Shown piece by piece: positions 26,886 to 38,300 of a stretch of 64,000 bases of DNA (within the stretch, counting starts at the first letter, position 1; the number at the start of each line of letters is the position of its first letter). Made by a program: the position numbers and the translations under genes. The notes below the pieces were generated by a model. The model was not told the DNA's origin and did not search any database. It was given only the letters and a program-made list of their open reading frames with translations. The stretch comes from Octopus vulgaris (Eukaryota): positions 45,694,001-45,758,000 of the forward strand of contig OX597819.1 in the NCBI GenBank assembly GCA_951406725.2, written 5' to 3'.

Positions 26886-27080
26886 TTAGCACGCCGGGCG
26901 AAATGCTTATTGGTATTTCGTCTACCGCTACGTTCTGAGTTCAAATTCCGCCGATGCCAACTTTGCCTTTCATTATTTCGGGGTCGCTAAATTAAGTACC
27001 AGTTGCGTACTGGGGTCGACTCATCGACTGGCCCCCTATCCCAAAATTTCGGGCCTTGTGTCTAGAGTAGAAAAGATTAT
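26886..27080 (+). mobile_element. SINE S2
   Basis: ttagcacgccgggcgaaatgc..gttctgagttcaaattccgcc..tactggggtcga..gggccttgtg. Confidence 0.85.
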
Positions 27081-27239
27081 TATTACAGTAGTCACTGGCA
27101 CATAGAAGGTACTTCGTTGGTTACGACGACGAGGAATTCAGTTGATATACGGAAGAGCCTGCTTGTGATATTAACGTGCATGTAGCTGAGCATTTCACAG
27201 ACACGAATGTGTGTATATGTGCATACATATGTATGAGTG

Positions 27240-27416
27240 GGAGGAGGTGAATGTGTGGTAAGAAGCTTGCTTCTCAGCCACATGGTTGCAAGTTCAGTCG
27301 TACTGCGTTGCACCATGGTCAAGTGCCTTCTCTTTTAACCTCCGGACGAACCAAAACTGTGGGTGGATGAGAACTGAAACAAGCCCGTCGAGTACGTAGG
27401 TGTGTGCGTATGTATA

Positions 27417-27447
<31 letters not shown>

Positions 27448-27665
27448 ATGCGCGTGTGTCTGTGTTGTCGCCCACCACCGCTTGACAACGGTAACTTATG
27501 TCTCTGTAACCTAGCGGTTCTGGAAAAGCGAACGATAGAATAAGTACCAAGCTTAGAAGTAAAACAAACAAAAAAGTCACTGAGGTCGATTCTTCAAAGC
27601 GGTGCCCCAACATGGCCGCAGACTAACGACCTGGAACACGTTTAAAAGATAAAGAAGGATAAAAG
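27240..27665 (+). mobile_element. SINE S1, diverged
   Basis: tgtggtaagaagcttgcttc..aagcccgtcg..gatagaataagtacc..catggccgcag. Confidence 0.8.
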
Positions 27666-27674
27666 TTCTGAATA

Positions 27675-28116
27675 GTCCTCCTCTTCCTTTCCTCTCCCTT
27701 CTACTCGTCTCTTCTCTCCCTTCTCCTCCTCTTCTCTCCCTTCTCCTCCTCTTCTCTCCCTTCTCCTCATCTTCTCTCCCTTTTCCTCCTCCCTATTCTC
27801 CTCCTCTTTCTCTCCCTTATCCCCCTACTCTCCCTTCCCTTCCTATTCTCTCCCTTTTCCTCCTCTTCTCTCCTTTTTCCTCTTCTTCTCTCCCTTTTCC
27901 GCTTCTTCTCTCCCTTTTCCTCCTCTTTATCTCCCTTCTCCTCCTCTCCCTTCTCCTCTTTCTCTTCTTCACCCTCCTACTCTCCCTCCTACTCTCCCTT
28001 CCCCTCCTCTTCTCTCTCTTTTCCGCCTCCTCTCCCTTTTCCTCCTCCTCTCCCTTCTCCTCTTCCTCCTCTTCACCCTCTTCCTATCCTCCTCTTCCTC
28101 CCCTCCTCTCTTTCCC
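27675..28116. repeat. polypyrimidine minisatellite, unit of about 20 bp (cttctctcccttctcctcct)
   Basis: About 440 bp almost purely C/T with a visible 20-nt period at the start. Confidence 0.92.
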
Positions 28117-28659
28117 AAATTAGACTTACAGACTTCCAGAGCATAATTTCATTACATGGCTATCTATCTATCTATCTACAAGTCTCACAATGTTTCCCGT
28201 TAGATTTTATTTTTTTTCTTCTTTCTTTTGTTTTTGTCTTTAATTGATTCAGAAATTTTATATCAAAAATCATTTTAGTGCTTAGTGGATGTTTTGTTGT
28301 TGCTATATTCGCCGCACTTATTATTGTTGCCGATACGGTCGATGTTGTCCTTGTTGCTGCTGTTGTTGTTGTTGTTGTTGTTGTCGTCGTTGTTGTTGTT
28401 GTTGTAGTTTGTTACTTTTGACATTGTCATGTGTTTTTTTCTGTCTGGTGATGTATTATTTATTTGTTTGCGCCGGTGGGGGAGGGGTGATGTGAGTAGG
28501 AGTGGGGTTAAATGTGGCGTGATGTGTGCTGCTAGTGAGGCGGGGGGGGGGGTAATTACTTCTTGATTGAGTCATTGTGATTGGGTAATTAGTTGTAGTT
28601 GCAGTTGTTGTTGTTGTTGTTGCGAGTTATTTTGCAAGCTGTTTATGCCGAAAATAACT

Positions 28660-28902
28660 GTAATGATGATGACCGTGGTATAGGGGATGATGACCGTGGT
28701 ATAGGGGATGATGACGAGCATGATGATGATCGTGATGATGATGATGTTGCTGCTGCTGATGCTGATGATGCTGATGATGATGTTGATGAAGATGAGGATA
28801 AGGATGATGATGGCGATGATATTGATGATGATGATGATGATGACGATGGCGATGATGATCACGATCATGATCATGGCGATGATGACGATGGTGATGATGA
28901 TA

Positions 28903-28938
<36 letters not shown>

Positions 28939-29057
28939 ATGATGATGACGATGGTGATCATGATCATGATCATGACCATGGCGATGATCATCATCATCAT
29001 GGCGATGATGACGATGGTGATGATGACGATGGTGATGATGATAATGATGATGAATAC

Positions 29058-29091
<34 letters not shown>

Positions 29092-29300
29092 ATGATGATG
29101 ACGATGGTAATCATGATCATGATGACGACGACGATGGTGATCATGATCAGGATCATGACCATAGCGATGATGATCATCATCATGGCGATGATGACGATGA
29201 TGATGATTATATATATGATGAATGTGATGATAATGACAATGATGACGACGACGACAACGACGGCGATGATGATGATAATGATGATGATGATGATGATATT
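28660..29300. repeat. long degenerate (GAT)n array with higher-order repeats
   Basis: GAT/GAC/CAT triplets; the block gattatgatgatgacgatggt..catgatcat recurs. Confidence 0.95.
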
Positions 29301-29674
29301 AACAATTATGTGGAGGAGGGGTAAGAGGTGTGCGATGGTTTGATAGTGACAGTAAAAAAAAAATGAAGGGTACGAATATGGAAGTGGTTTCGTTGCACGT
29401 GTTGGCTTCAAGCTCCATTTCATCTCTAAATGGAAAAAACATATGATTAAAGACATTCCAACCATGCCATCCATTTCATTCCCGCCTATATATTAGCCAT
29501 ATAATATCTATCACGGATTCCATTATCCAAATTTTTTAAAGACGTTAAACTATGTTAGAATAAGTCCTGCGGTCGATTTGTTCGACTAAAGGTAGTGCTC
29601 CAGCATGGCCGCAGTCAAGTGCCTGAAACAAGTAGAATAATAAAACAATATGTTAGGTGTGTTATAGAAGACAT

Positions 29675-29859
29675 TTCAGTTCTATATTTAAGAGATGGGG
29701 GATTATGTACATTATTTACATTATTTACATTTGACGGATATTTGTCTCCATCGGGTATTTTGTTAATACAACGTTTCGGATGATATACTCTCCAGCGTTC
29801 ATTAGGTGTCTTGGGGAAATTTCGAACCTGGGTTTTCATTCCTAAGGTATTTTTCGATG

Positions 29860-29894
<35 letters not shown>

Positions 29895-30027
29895 AATAAT
29901 AATAATAATAATAATATCATCATCATCATCATCATCATCATTATTATTCTTCAGGTCACTGCTTGGAATCGAACTAGAAACCTTGGAGTTAGTAGCCCGC
30001 GCTCTTATCTACTACGCCATATGCCCG
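29675..30027 (-). mobile_element. SINE S4: tRNA-like head + (AAT)n + hammerhead-bearing tail
   Basis: Minus strand cgggcatatggcgtagtagataagagcgcgggctactaac..gttcgattcc (A and B boxes), AAT repeat, then the HHR motif; homologous to both arms of 55684-56158. Confidence 0.85.
29765..29810 (-). ncRNA. minimal hammerhead motif (decayed) in SINE S4
   Basis: GACAC-CTAATGA-A-CGCTG-gagagtatat-CATCC-GAAA-CG-TT-GTATT; the three-copy consensus restores CTGATGA and GGCTG/CAGCC. Confidence 0.68.
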
Positions 30028-30167
30028 TGGTCATTTCGCTGCAATTTCTAGATGCTACATACCTCTAAAGGGGTTCCATCCTTGATTTGTTTTGCATGCT
30101 GTTGCAATTTTACTTATTTTACAAACGTTGTTTTTGTTGTTGTTGTTGCTATTGTTGTTGGTATAGT

Positions 30168-30415
30168 GAAGGCGCATAGCTTAGTGGTTAGGTCATTCGG
30201 CTCATGATCGTAATGCCACGAGTTCAATTCCCGAAGAACGTCGTATCTCCGAGCAAGACACTCCTTGAGCAAGACACGCTGAATCTCCCTGAAAACTCCG
30301 TTAAGGGTACAGGTGTCTGTGCAGTTCTCAGCCACTTGCACGTTAATTTCATGAGCAGCTTGTTCCGTTGAGTGGATCAACTGGAATACTCATCGTCGTA
30401 ACCGACGGAGTGCCA
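30168..30415 (+). mobile_element. SINE S3-related copy (internally shorter)
   Basis: tagcttagtggttagg, gagttcaattccc, tail gtcgtaaccgacggagtgcca. Confidence 0.8.
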
Positions 30416-30659
30416 GTGTAGTTGTTGTTAATTAAAAGTCACCACTAACCAAGGTAATTAATGACCAGAAGGCATCTAAGCACTGAGCATCCCATTTTTG
30501 TTCCCGATTTTTATATACAGGTAAACTAATATTACATTATTAAATGTATCCCTTTTTTTTAAGACGTTAGATTATAATTTAGAAGAGATTCAGTTTCCGT
30601 TTCTTTTTAACTCTCTGACATTGTGATCAATAGCTTGCTTCAGCTGATAATGTCATCAT

Positions 30660-30690
<31 letters not shown>

Positions 30691-30694
<4 letters not shown>

Positions 30695-30910
30695 AATGTA
30701 ATATGTGACAGTTATTCGGTAGCCATGATAAAACTCCGAGTTTCAGATGCCAGGGTGGAAATCCACGTCACCATCAACCCCGGCATCCGAAACTCGGAGT
30801 TTTATCGCGGCTAGCAAATAACTGTCACATACTACATTTACAGATAAATTCCTCAATTTACATAACATCGACGTCTCTTTCATTTTTTGTTGTCTTACCA
30901 TTTTTATCAA
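30691..30910. repeat. fold-back element: 66-bp inverted arms (30691-30756 / 30777-30842) plus 3' extension, between microsatellites
   Basis: tgtaaatgta..ataaaactccgagtttcagatgccagggt vs accccggcatccgaaactcggagttttat..tacatttaca. Confidence 0.92.
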
Positions 30911-30913
30911 TAT

Positions 30914-31000
<87 letters not shown>

Positions 31001-31097
31001 CAGATATATCATATATATATCATATATATATCATATATATATATATATACATATATATATGTGTATGTTTATGTGTGTATATATATATATATGCATG

Positions 31098-31134
<37 letters not shown>

Positions 31135-32299
31135 ATGTTTATGCATATATATATATATACATATATATATATACATATATATATATATATGCATGTATAT
31201 ATATATATATTTCTTTCGTATATGTATATATATATATGGTTTTTGCTATTGTTATCTTACGATTCGTAATGCACTATTATTCTGTTGGCCATCTGATATT
31301 TTTTATGATATAATTTTTTTTTCAGTATTCTTTTTTATTATTTTTTCTTATTAATTTTACGGCTGCATCTTTTTTGCCTGATTGCGAAACCTGTTAAGTA
31401 GCCAATTATTTCTATTATTGTCTGATGTGGCATTCATTTTGAAGTCCAACTAATTTTATTAGAAGTCCACTCTAAGTTATATTGTTATCAGCACTCCAGA
31501 GTGGAAATATAATAGTAATAGAATTGATTGTAAGCTAATGTTAACGTTTTTAATTTTCTATGAAACTATAAAAAGGTAACTAGAACTTAATATGCAGTGA
31601 AAAATTACTCGGTGAGCGGTTTTTTTTATCAGATCTGTCTTGTCAGAGCTAAGGAGCATGGCCCAAACGCTCAAAGGATGACAAACAATTCGATGGAGAT
31701 ATATAAAGAGACAACAAATCTATGGAGATAAATAAACCTGACAACAAATCTATAATTTGATTGTTGATAAATCGAACCAACGTCCGCGTGTTTACTAGAT
31801 TCTAAGTTAATACATACGGCTATCCACCAGAACTTAGATGGGAGGATACGTAGTGGTGCCAGCAGCTGCTGACGTAATGATATGATCAGTGGTATGTACT
31901 TTCTTGTGGAGCTATTCGTCTGTATTGTATAATATAATCACCTATTTTACGCATACATCTCATAATTTGTCGATGTTTTAGCAGACGTATATCACATAAA
32001 CAATCAGAACAAATAGTTGTGCGATGTAGGGGTTTCCAGATATAATTCAGCTAATAGCAGTATTTAAGAATGGTCGAAGCTTGAAAACACGTGTTTTATC
32101 TGTCATCCCTAACTTGATCGAAAAGTAAGACTGCAGAACAATCCACGACAACCTCCAATTCATGCAATACATTGTAGAAATATGTTTTATCAAATTAGGG
32201 GTTGGTAGATCCTAGGTTAATAGGGTTTCATTTGAAAGCTTTCGATATGACCAGCCACTGTCACCCGATAGCTGTCTAAAAAACAGCAGGTTTCATTTT

Positions 32300-32900
32300 A
32301 CTTTTGAAAGACTAGATCACTTCAAACTTCCGAAGCAGCTCACTCGTACGTCTAACTGGCCTTCTATCGGACACATTTGCAGAGTTTCACCGGTGCTTTC
32401 TTATGCTGCAGTATAGTTTTAGATCCCAAACCCTCCGTGGTTTTTTGTTGCTTTTCTCTTTTTAAGACTTCTGGGCACAAAGCTCTTAGCGTTTATTGCC
32501 ATATTTGTAGCACCAGGGTCTTTTGTCGTGACCTGTCCCACAGTAAGATTTTTCCTCAGGACCGTTATAAGAGACTAATCGGTGTTTGTTTCTGGCTTTT
32601 CGTGGTCATAGGATCTTTATGTAAACATTGGCTCCAGCTGACAGCAGATGCCCGAACGTTGTCGGTAGAGATCATTTATCTATATTGCACCGCCATAAAT
32701 CAGGGGTCGGAATTGTTATCGATGTTCTTCATAGTAACCCTCATTTTGTGGGACCAGGTTTTGTGCAGGTGTCTCTCAAACCATACGATTTCCTGTTTTG
32801 GTACTCTCCCCAGTTAGAACACCACATATTGCACGGTACATTCTCCTCTGTTTGAAGAGCTTTTCACTCCACCTACGTGTGTTGGCTGCCTCTAATTGCT
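32300..32900 (-). mobile_element. possible highly decayed L1/Tx1-like LINE fragment
   Basis: GC-richer block; minus strand gives KILLWD..KNHGGFGI reminiscent of post-RT FLW..GGLG motifs; many stops. Confidence 0.3.
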
Positions 32901-33659
32901 CCTTAATTGACACAAGTATATCACCCGTCACCTTGGAAAAGAAAAAATATTTTATCTTCGTTCTCTCTCAAGCCAGGTTAATAGATTAAAGCAGACAGGT
33001 GATCATTTAAGGAAAAAAAAATCAATGTAGATATATTGTAATTGCCTTCAGCAAAACATTTTATTTCCAAAGTTTTCTTATTTTAAAGTATACTTGTTAC
33101 TCTGATTTGACGAAGTTGTTATTGTTATTGTCATCATCGTCATCGCAGTTGTTGCTGTTTTATTTGTCAAATGTGTTCTCAGAAATCCTACATCATTATT
33201 TTCCGCAGTTTCCATAATTAGTAATTTTCTATGATCGGCTATAATGTATTTTAACTAACTATTTGAATAGGGAGCTGTTTTGCGTTTTTCAGTTCTTGTT
33301 CTCTGGGTAAGCAACACACACATCAGGATATTACGTTTGATTTAAATGTTTTACTGTGTGAGAAGATTGGAGAAGCCCTGCTGTTGTTGTACCCCGGTTC
33401 GGGACAGAACGTCCAATGGAAACTTCATGTACGATAGTATATTCTCAAAATTAGATAACCTTTGACCCACACCAAACAGAATGGAGAATCTGGAAGAGTT
33501 ATTTTGAAAACAAAACTAAACAGCTTAGCACAATACTTAAAAACAAGAAGGATACTGATGACGACAACGACGACGACGATGATGATGATGATGTTGAGGG
33601 TGATGATGATAATTATGATGATGATGATAGTAGTGGTGGTGGTGGTTTATCGGTGGTTT

Positions 33660-33866
33660 GAAAGTTTGGTGCAAGGCCAGCAAATTTTGCGGAGACGTTA
33701 AGTTGATTACATCGAACTCAGTGCGCTCTTGGTACTTATTTTATCGACCTCGAACGGAGGAAAGGCAAAGTCGACCTCAGCAGGATTTGAACTGAGAATG
33801 TAAAGGCGGACGAAACACCAATAAGCGTTTCTCCGGAATGCTTAGGATTCTGCCAGCTCGCTGCAT
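33660..33866 (-). mobile_element. SINE S2
   Basis: caaggccagcaaattt..ggtacttattttatcgacc..ggcaaagtcgacctc..ttctgccagctcgc. Confidence 0.82.
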
Positions 33867-33903
33867 TAATAATAATAATAATAATGATAATAATAATAAT
33901 AAT

Positions 33904-33966
<63 letters not shown>

Positions 33967-33968
<2 letters not shown>

Positions 33969-34451
33969 AACTACAAACCCGAAGGCATCATCGAAAATGA
34001 TAATGCAAAGATCCTATGGGATTTTATGATTCAGTGCAATCATGAGATAGAGAATAGGAAGCCAGACATAGTCTTAATTGGGAAAGAAAAAAATAATACT
34101 GGATCATCGATACAGCATGCTCAGCTGACAACAAACTATGCGATTAGGAAGAAAGAAAAGTCGATAGATATGACAGGTTAGCTTGGGAGTTTAAGCAGTT
34201 GTGGTCGGTGAAGAAGGTGGTAGTAGTACCAATAATGGTCGGAGTCCTGAGAACATTGATTAAAAATGCTGAGAAATATGTGGTACTAATAGGGGCTGCA
34301 ATAAGGGTGGAGTACTTGCAGAAAACAGCACTGGTTGGAACCGCTCGAATACTCCGGAAGGTGCTTGAAAAATAAGAGGTGTTACCTTAGTTCACTGGTA
34401 GTCAACAGCTGACACCGTAGTAATCTCCAGCGTTAGAAGCTGTGCAAAGGC
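33967..34451 (+). mobile_element. 5'-truncated R4/Dong-type non-LTR retrotransposon (restriction-like endonuclease C-terminus and 3' UTR)
   Basis: KPEGIIENDNAKILWDFMIQCNHEIENRKPDIVLI..WIID..RKVDRYDRL..VVVPIMVGVL..LQKTALVGTARILRKVLEK* (stop 34373-34375), with a frameshift and an internal stop; flanked on both sides by (AAT)n. Confidence 0.9.
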
Positions 34452-34481
34452 AATAATAATAATAATGATGATGATGATGAA

Positions 34482-35015
34482 TAAATGCCCTGATGCAGTA
34501 CTAGACAATGGCACTCATGGCTTCGGATCTTAACTGACTGGAATTGTTATCTTGTACATTGTTTTGACTTGGTATAAAAGATAGACTACAGTAAATATTC
34601 TGCTCATTATTACATATTTGCTTGTCACATGTTTGACCTTAACCAATTGAGCATGTCCTTTTGTGGCTGACGATATGTGCATCACTGATCACGAGTAGAA
34701 GTAGTAGGGGAGTTTCATAGCCACGTGTTGAGAGGAATTATTTGAATAATTCAACTCTGGAAACATGGATGTTTCGTTCAACATCCTTAAACAATCCATA
34801 TTCGAGGACCATTTGAGCGGGAAGGGCTAATCGACCTGAAGAAAATTCTAACTGCGAGGTCATGCGCTGTTTTTCTTGATATGAGATCACCATGTGACGC
34901 ACATATGTGATGCATGAGCTTGGTGTAACCTAATCAGACGGGTAGTCATGATGGGTATCCTGGGCTTCGTACATTATACCCGAGTGTCACATTGATTGTA
35001 TGCACTTCTCTCTCA
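34482..35015. repeat. unclassified interspersed repeat candidate between trinucleotide arrays
   Basis: Complex 530-bp block with sharp microsatellite boundaries and no ORF; single copy here, so repeat status rests on recall only. Confidence 0.4.
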
Positions 35016-35029
35016 ATACTACAACCCCT

Positions 35030-35072
35030 TCTACTTCTACTACTACAACAACAACAACTACTACTATTACTA

Positions 35073-35165
<93 letters not shown>

Positions 35166-35208
35166 ATACTAATACTAATACGACGACTACTACTACTACT
35201 ACTACTAC

Positions 35209-35262
<54 letters not shown>

Positions 35263-35277
35263 TAATAATAATAATAA
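35030..35277. repeat. (CTA)n then (AAT)n microsatellites
   Basis: Direct reading. Confidence 0.97.
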
Positions 35278-35506
35278 TCCTTTCATATGTAGGCACAAAG
35301 CCCGAAATACTGGGGAAGGGGGATAGTCAATCATATCGACTCCAGTACTTGACTGGTACTTAGTTTATCGACTCTGAAAGGATGAAAGGCAAAGTCGACA
35401 GCGGCGGAATTTGAACCCAGAACGTAGTGACAAAATTCTGTTAAGCAAAATGCCTAGCGGCTAGGCGTTCTGCACGACATGCTAATGCTTCTGCCAGCTC
35501 GCCGCC

Positions 35507-35508
<2 letters not shown>
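35278..35508 (-). mobile_element. SINE S2 within (AAT)n
   Basis: ggatgaaaggcaaagtcgac..ggaatttgaac..ttctgccagctcgccgcctt. Confidence 0.86.
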
Positions 35509-35570
<62 letters not shown>

Positions 35571-36361
35571 TGATGATGATGATGACGACGATGATGATGA
35601 TGATGATGATGATGATAGCAACAACAAAAACAACAACAGCAAGAACAATAACTCTTGATATGTTTCTATAACATTTCATCAATTCTGGTGAAGTTTTTAT
35701 TCTTTTTATTTTTTATATTTTCTACCTTCTCCAACAAAGTGAAATTTATTGCTATTCAATAAAACTTCTTACAAAACTCATCCAAAGGATATGAAAAATG
35801 AAATTAATGGGGGAAAAAAAAGAAGAAAACAGACATAAACACTTAACAAAAAATAATCACGTAATTATTGATTTGTTTTCGCGAACGACTTAGTGAAGAC
35901 GGTATGCTAGCGGCAAACCGGATCTTTATTTTTACAAGATACGAAGGTGAGAAGGGAGAGGCTGAATTTGTAACCTTTGTACGCTCTTCTCCCAGACTGG
36001 TGAGATGGTTATGGCTAATACATATCCTAGAAACCTGAAGGTCAATATATGGAGGACATTGTGTGTAGGAGAGTAACTGTTCTGGGTTTGCTTCCAATGT
36101 TTGAAACAGAATGAACTTGGACAAAAAACACTCGATGAACTTCTACGTGGTTGATCGATCTGCTTTAAAGAGAAGCTAAATATCCTTAAAATTAGTGCTT
36201 AAGTTCTCTTTTTCCTTTTTGGAATATATTGGATTGAATGGTGTTGTTCAGGGAATCAACTATTGAAAAGAGAAGATATAAAGAAAGTACTGACCGAAAG
36301 GATTTCGGATATCCTATATCACACGATCATGTGCTGTCCTGGGGCTAAACAGCAAACACCC

Positions 36362-36658
36362 ACATACATACATACATACATACATACATACATACATACA
36401 TACATACATACATACATACATACGTGCATGCATACATGCATACATACATACATACACACACACATACATACATACATACATACATACATGCATACATACA
36501 TACATACATACATATACACATACATACATGCATACATACATACATATATACATACATATACACATACATACATACATACATACACACATACATACATACA
36601 TACGTACATACATACATACATACATATACACACATATATACATACATACATACATACA

Positions 36659-36692
<34 letters not shown>

Positions 36693-36736
36693 CATGCATG
36701 CATGCATACATACATGCATGCATGCATACATACATA
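36362..36736. repeat. (TACA)n tetranucleotide array
   Basis: Direct reading; source of the HTYI/MYVC ORFs. Confidence 0.97.
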
Positions 36737-36930
36737 GGTACCGAACCATCTCAAGTGTAACTGTCCGAAATGGTCGTGACTTCTAGTACTTGACTGAAGA
36801 AAGAAAGCCAAGAACGCCCCATGCTTTTTTGCCTGTCCTTCTAATTGTTGTTTCTCTTGTCTGCCTTTGTGTCGTCTATCAGTTCGGACGTTTTAATGTC
36901 CTCTATTGCGTTTTTGTTCCATTTTAATAT
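36737..36930 (+). mobile_element. diverged relative of the 44480-44970 element
   Basis: ctcaagtgtaactgtccgaaat..ttgactgaagaaagaaa..gcgtttttgttccatttt aligns with ctcgagtataaccagccgaaat..tcgactgagaaaagaaa..gcgttcttgtcccatttt. Confidence 0.6.
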
Positions 36931-37350
36931 TTATATAGACATACATACATATGTAAATATATATTTATGTATATTTAATTTATTATCAGGATACCAGATA
37001 GTACAAGCATTGCTATAAATAAAAGTCAAAGAGTAAATAGAACAGCCATCTCATCAACAGGAAGTAAAAATCACAAATTATACACCAGCGTGTATAAGTG
37101 TTAATTGTGGTTTTTAAGTCGTTGCGAGTTTTATTTCTAGCTATGCTGGTCTTCTAACCTGATTATAAATCAATAATTTTACCTTCTTTTTTTATGCTTG
37201 CTAGCCTCTTGTAGTATTATTCTTTACTACTAATAATATCTTTATATACTTTTATAATTTTATTCACTTCCATCATTTTTTAATTTGCGGCTGCATTCAA
37301 ATGGTCAACACACACATGGGGATACGAGTATCTTTATCGCTCGGCAGTAA

Positions 37351-37408
37351 TACTTCCTGATAAGAACTACGTATTTATCACAGGGTTCGAAATCACGTGA
37401 TATTAGTA
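37351..37408 (+). ncRNA. decayed type I hammerhead motif
   Basis: CTGATAA-GAAC-(loop)-GTTC-GAAA-TCACGTGA-TA; G8A change, palindromic stem III, imperfect stem I (tact/agta). Confidence 0.55.
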
Positions 37409-37721
37409 CATCTGAAAATTCATTTGCGAATTTTACTCGCTATCGGTAAGTTGGTTTTTCTATTTACTCGTTTCTATTTACTCAGCAGTGTGTACAAGTG
37501 TTAACTGTGGCTTTTGAGTCGTTTTGACTCTTGAATTAATATTTTTAACTGTATGGTTATTCTATGTTTCCTAGCCACTATATACATATATATATCTTTC
37601 TTCTGTTTGCCTCCTCGCTTAGCCAGCGGGGTGGCGTCGTTCGAAGGCTAAAACAATGCGAACGCATTGTGACCAGCGATGTGTAGCAACATCTGATGGC
37701 TGGTCGGTCACGTGATCACGT

Positions 37722-37770
<49 letters not shown>

Positions 37771-37939
37771 AAATATTAGGGAATATTGGACAGCCATGAA
37801 ACGATCGTAGTGTTATACTAATTATCTTTTTTTAATAATTTTGATATATATTTAAAATAATATAAATTAATTAATCTTATGTATTGGCTTAAGTCTTTCA
37901 TTGTATGATTTGCCTAATAGTGGTTTTATCTCTAATTTA

Positions 37940-38014
<75 letters not shown>

Positions 38015-38017
<3 letters not shown>

Positions 38018-38300
38018 GCAAGCATGGCTATGTGGTAAGAAGCTTGTTTTCCAACCACGTGCTTCCGGTAGCAGTCCCATTTCATGACAAGTTGGGCTAG
38101 TGCTTTTTACTAAAGCTACGGGCCGACCAAAACCTTGTGAGTGGATTTGGTAGATGGATATAGAAAGAAACCTGTCCTGTGCTTATATGTGTGTGTGCAT
38201 GTGTGCGTATGTGGGTATGCGTCTTTGTATCTGTATTTGTCCCCACCCCCGATGTTGTTGTGTTTACATTTCCGTAACTTACCGATTTAAATCTCAAGAG
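38015..38300 (+). mobile_element. SINE S1, diverged
   Basis: tggctatgtggtaagaagcttg..gggccgaccaaaaccttgtgagtggatttggtaga. Confidence 0.8.

Noticed and set aside
28572-29474. Asp/His-rich 241-aa ORF resembling an acidic biomineralisation protein
   Set aside because: It is a (GAT)n array open in several frames on both strands, like other GAT arrays here, with no supported splice or signal context.
29950-30027. tRNA gene calls for SINE heads (S1-S4)
   Set aside because: A and B boxes are present, but acceptor stems are not intact and each head continues into a repeated SINE body.
31679-31755. Three repeats of about 30 bp (gacaacaaatctatggagata) as a CRISPR-like array
   Set aside because: No unique spacers, eukaryotic context and no cas genes; a simple decayed minisatellite.
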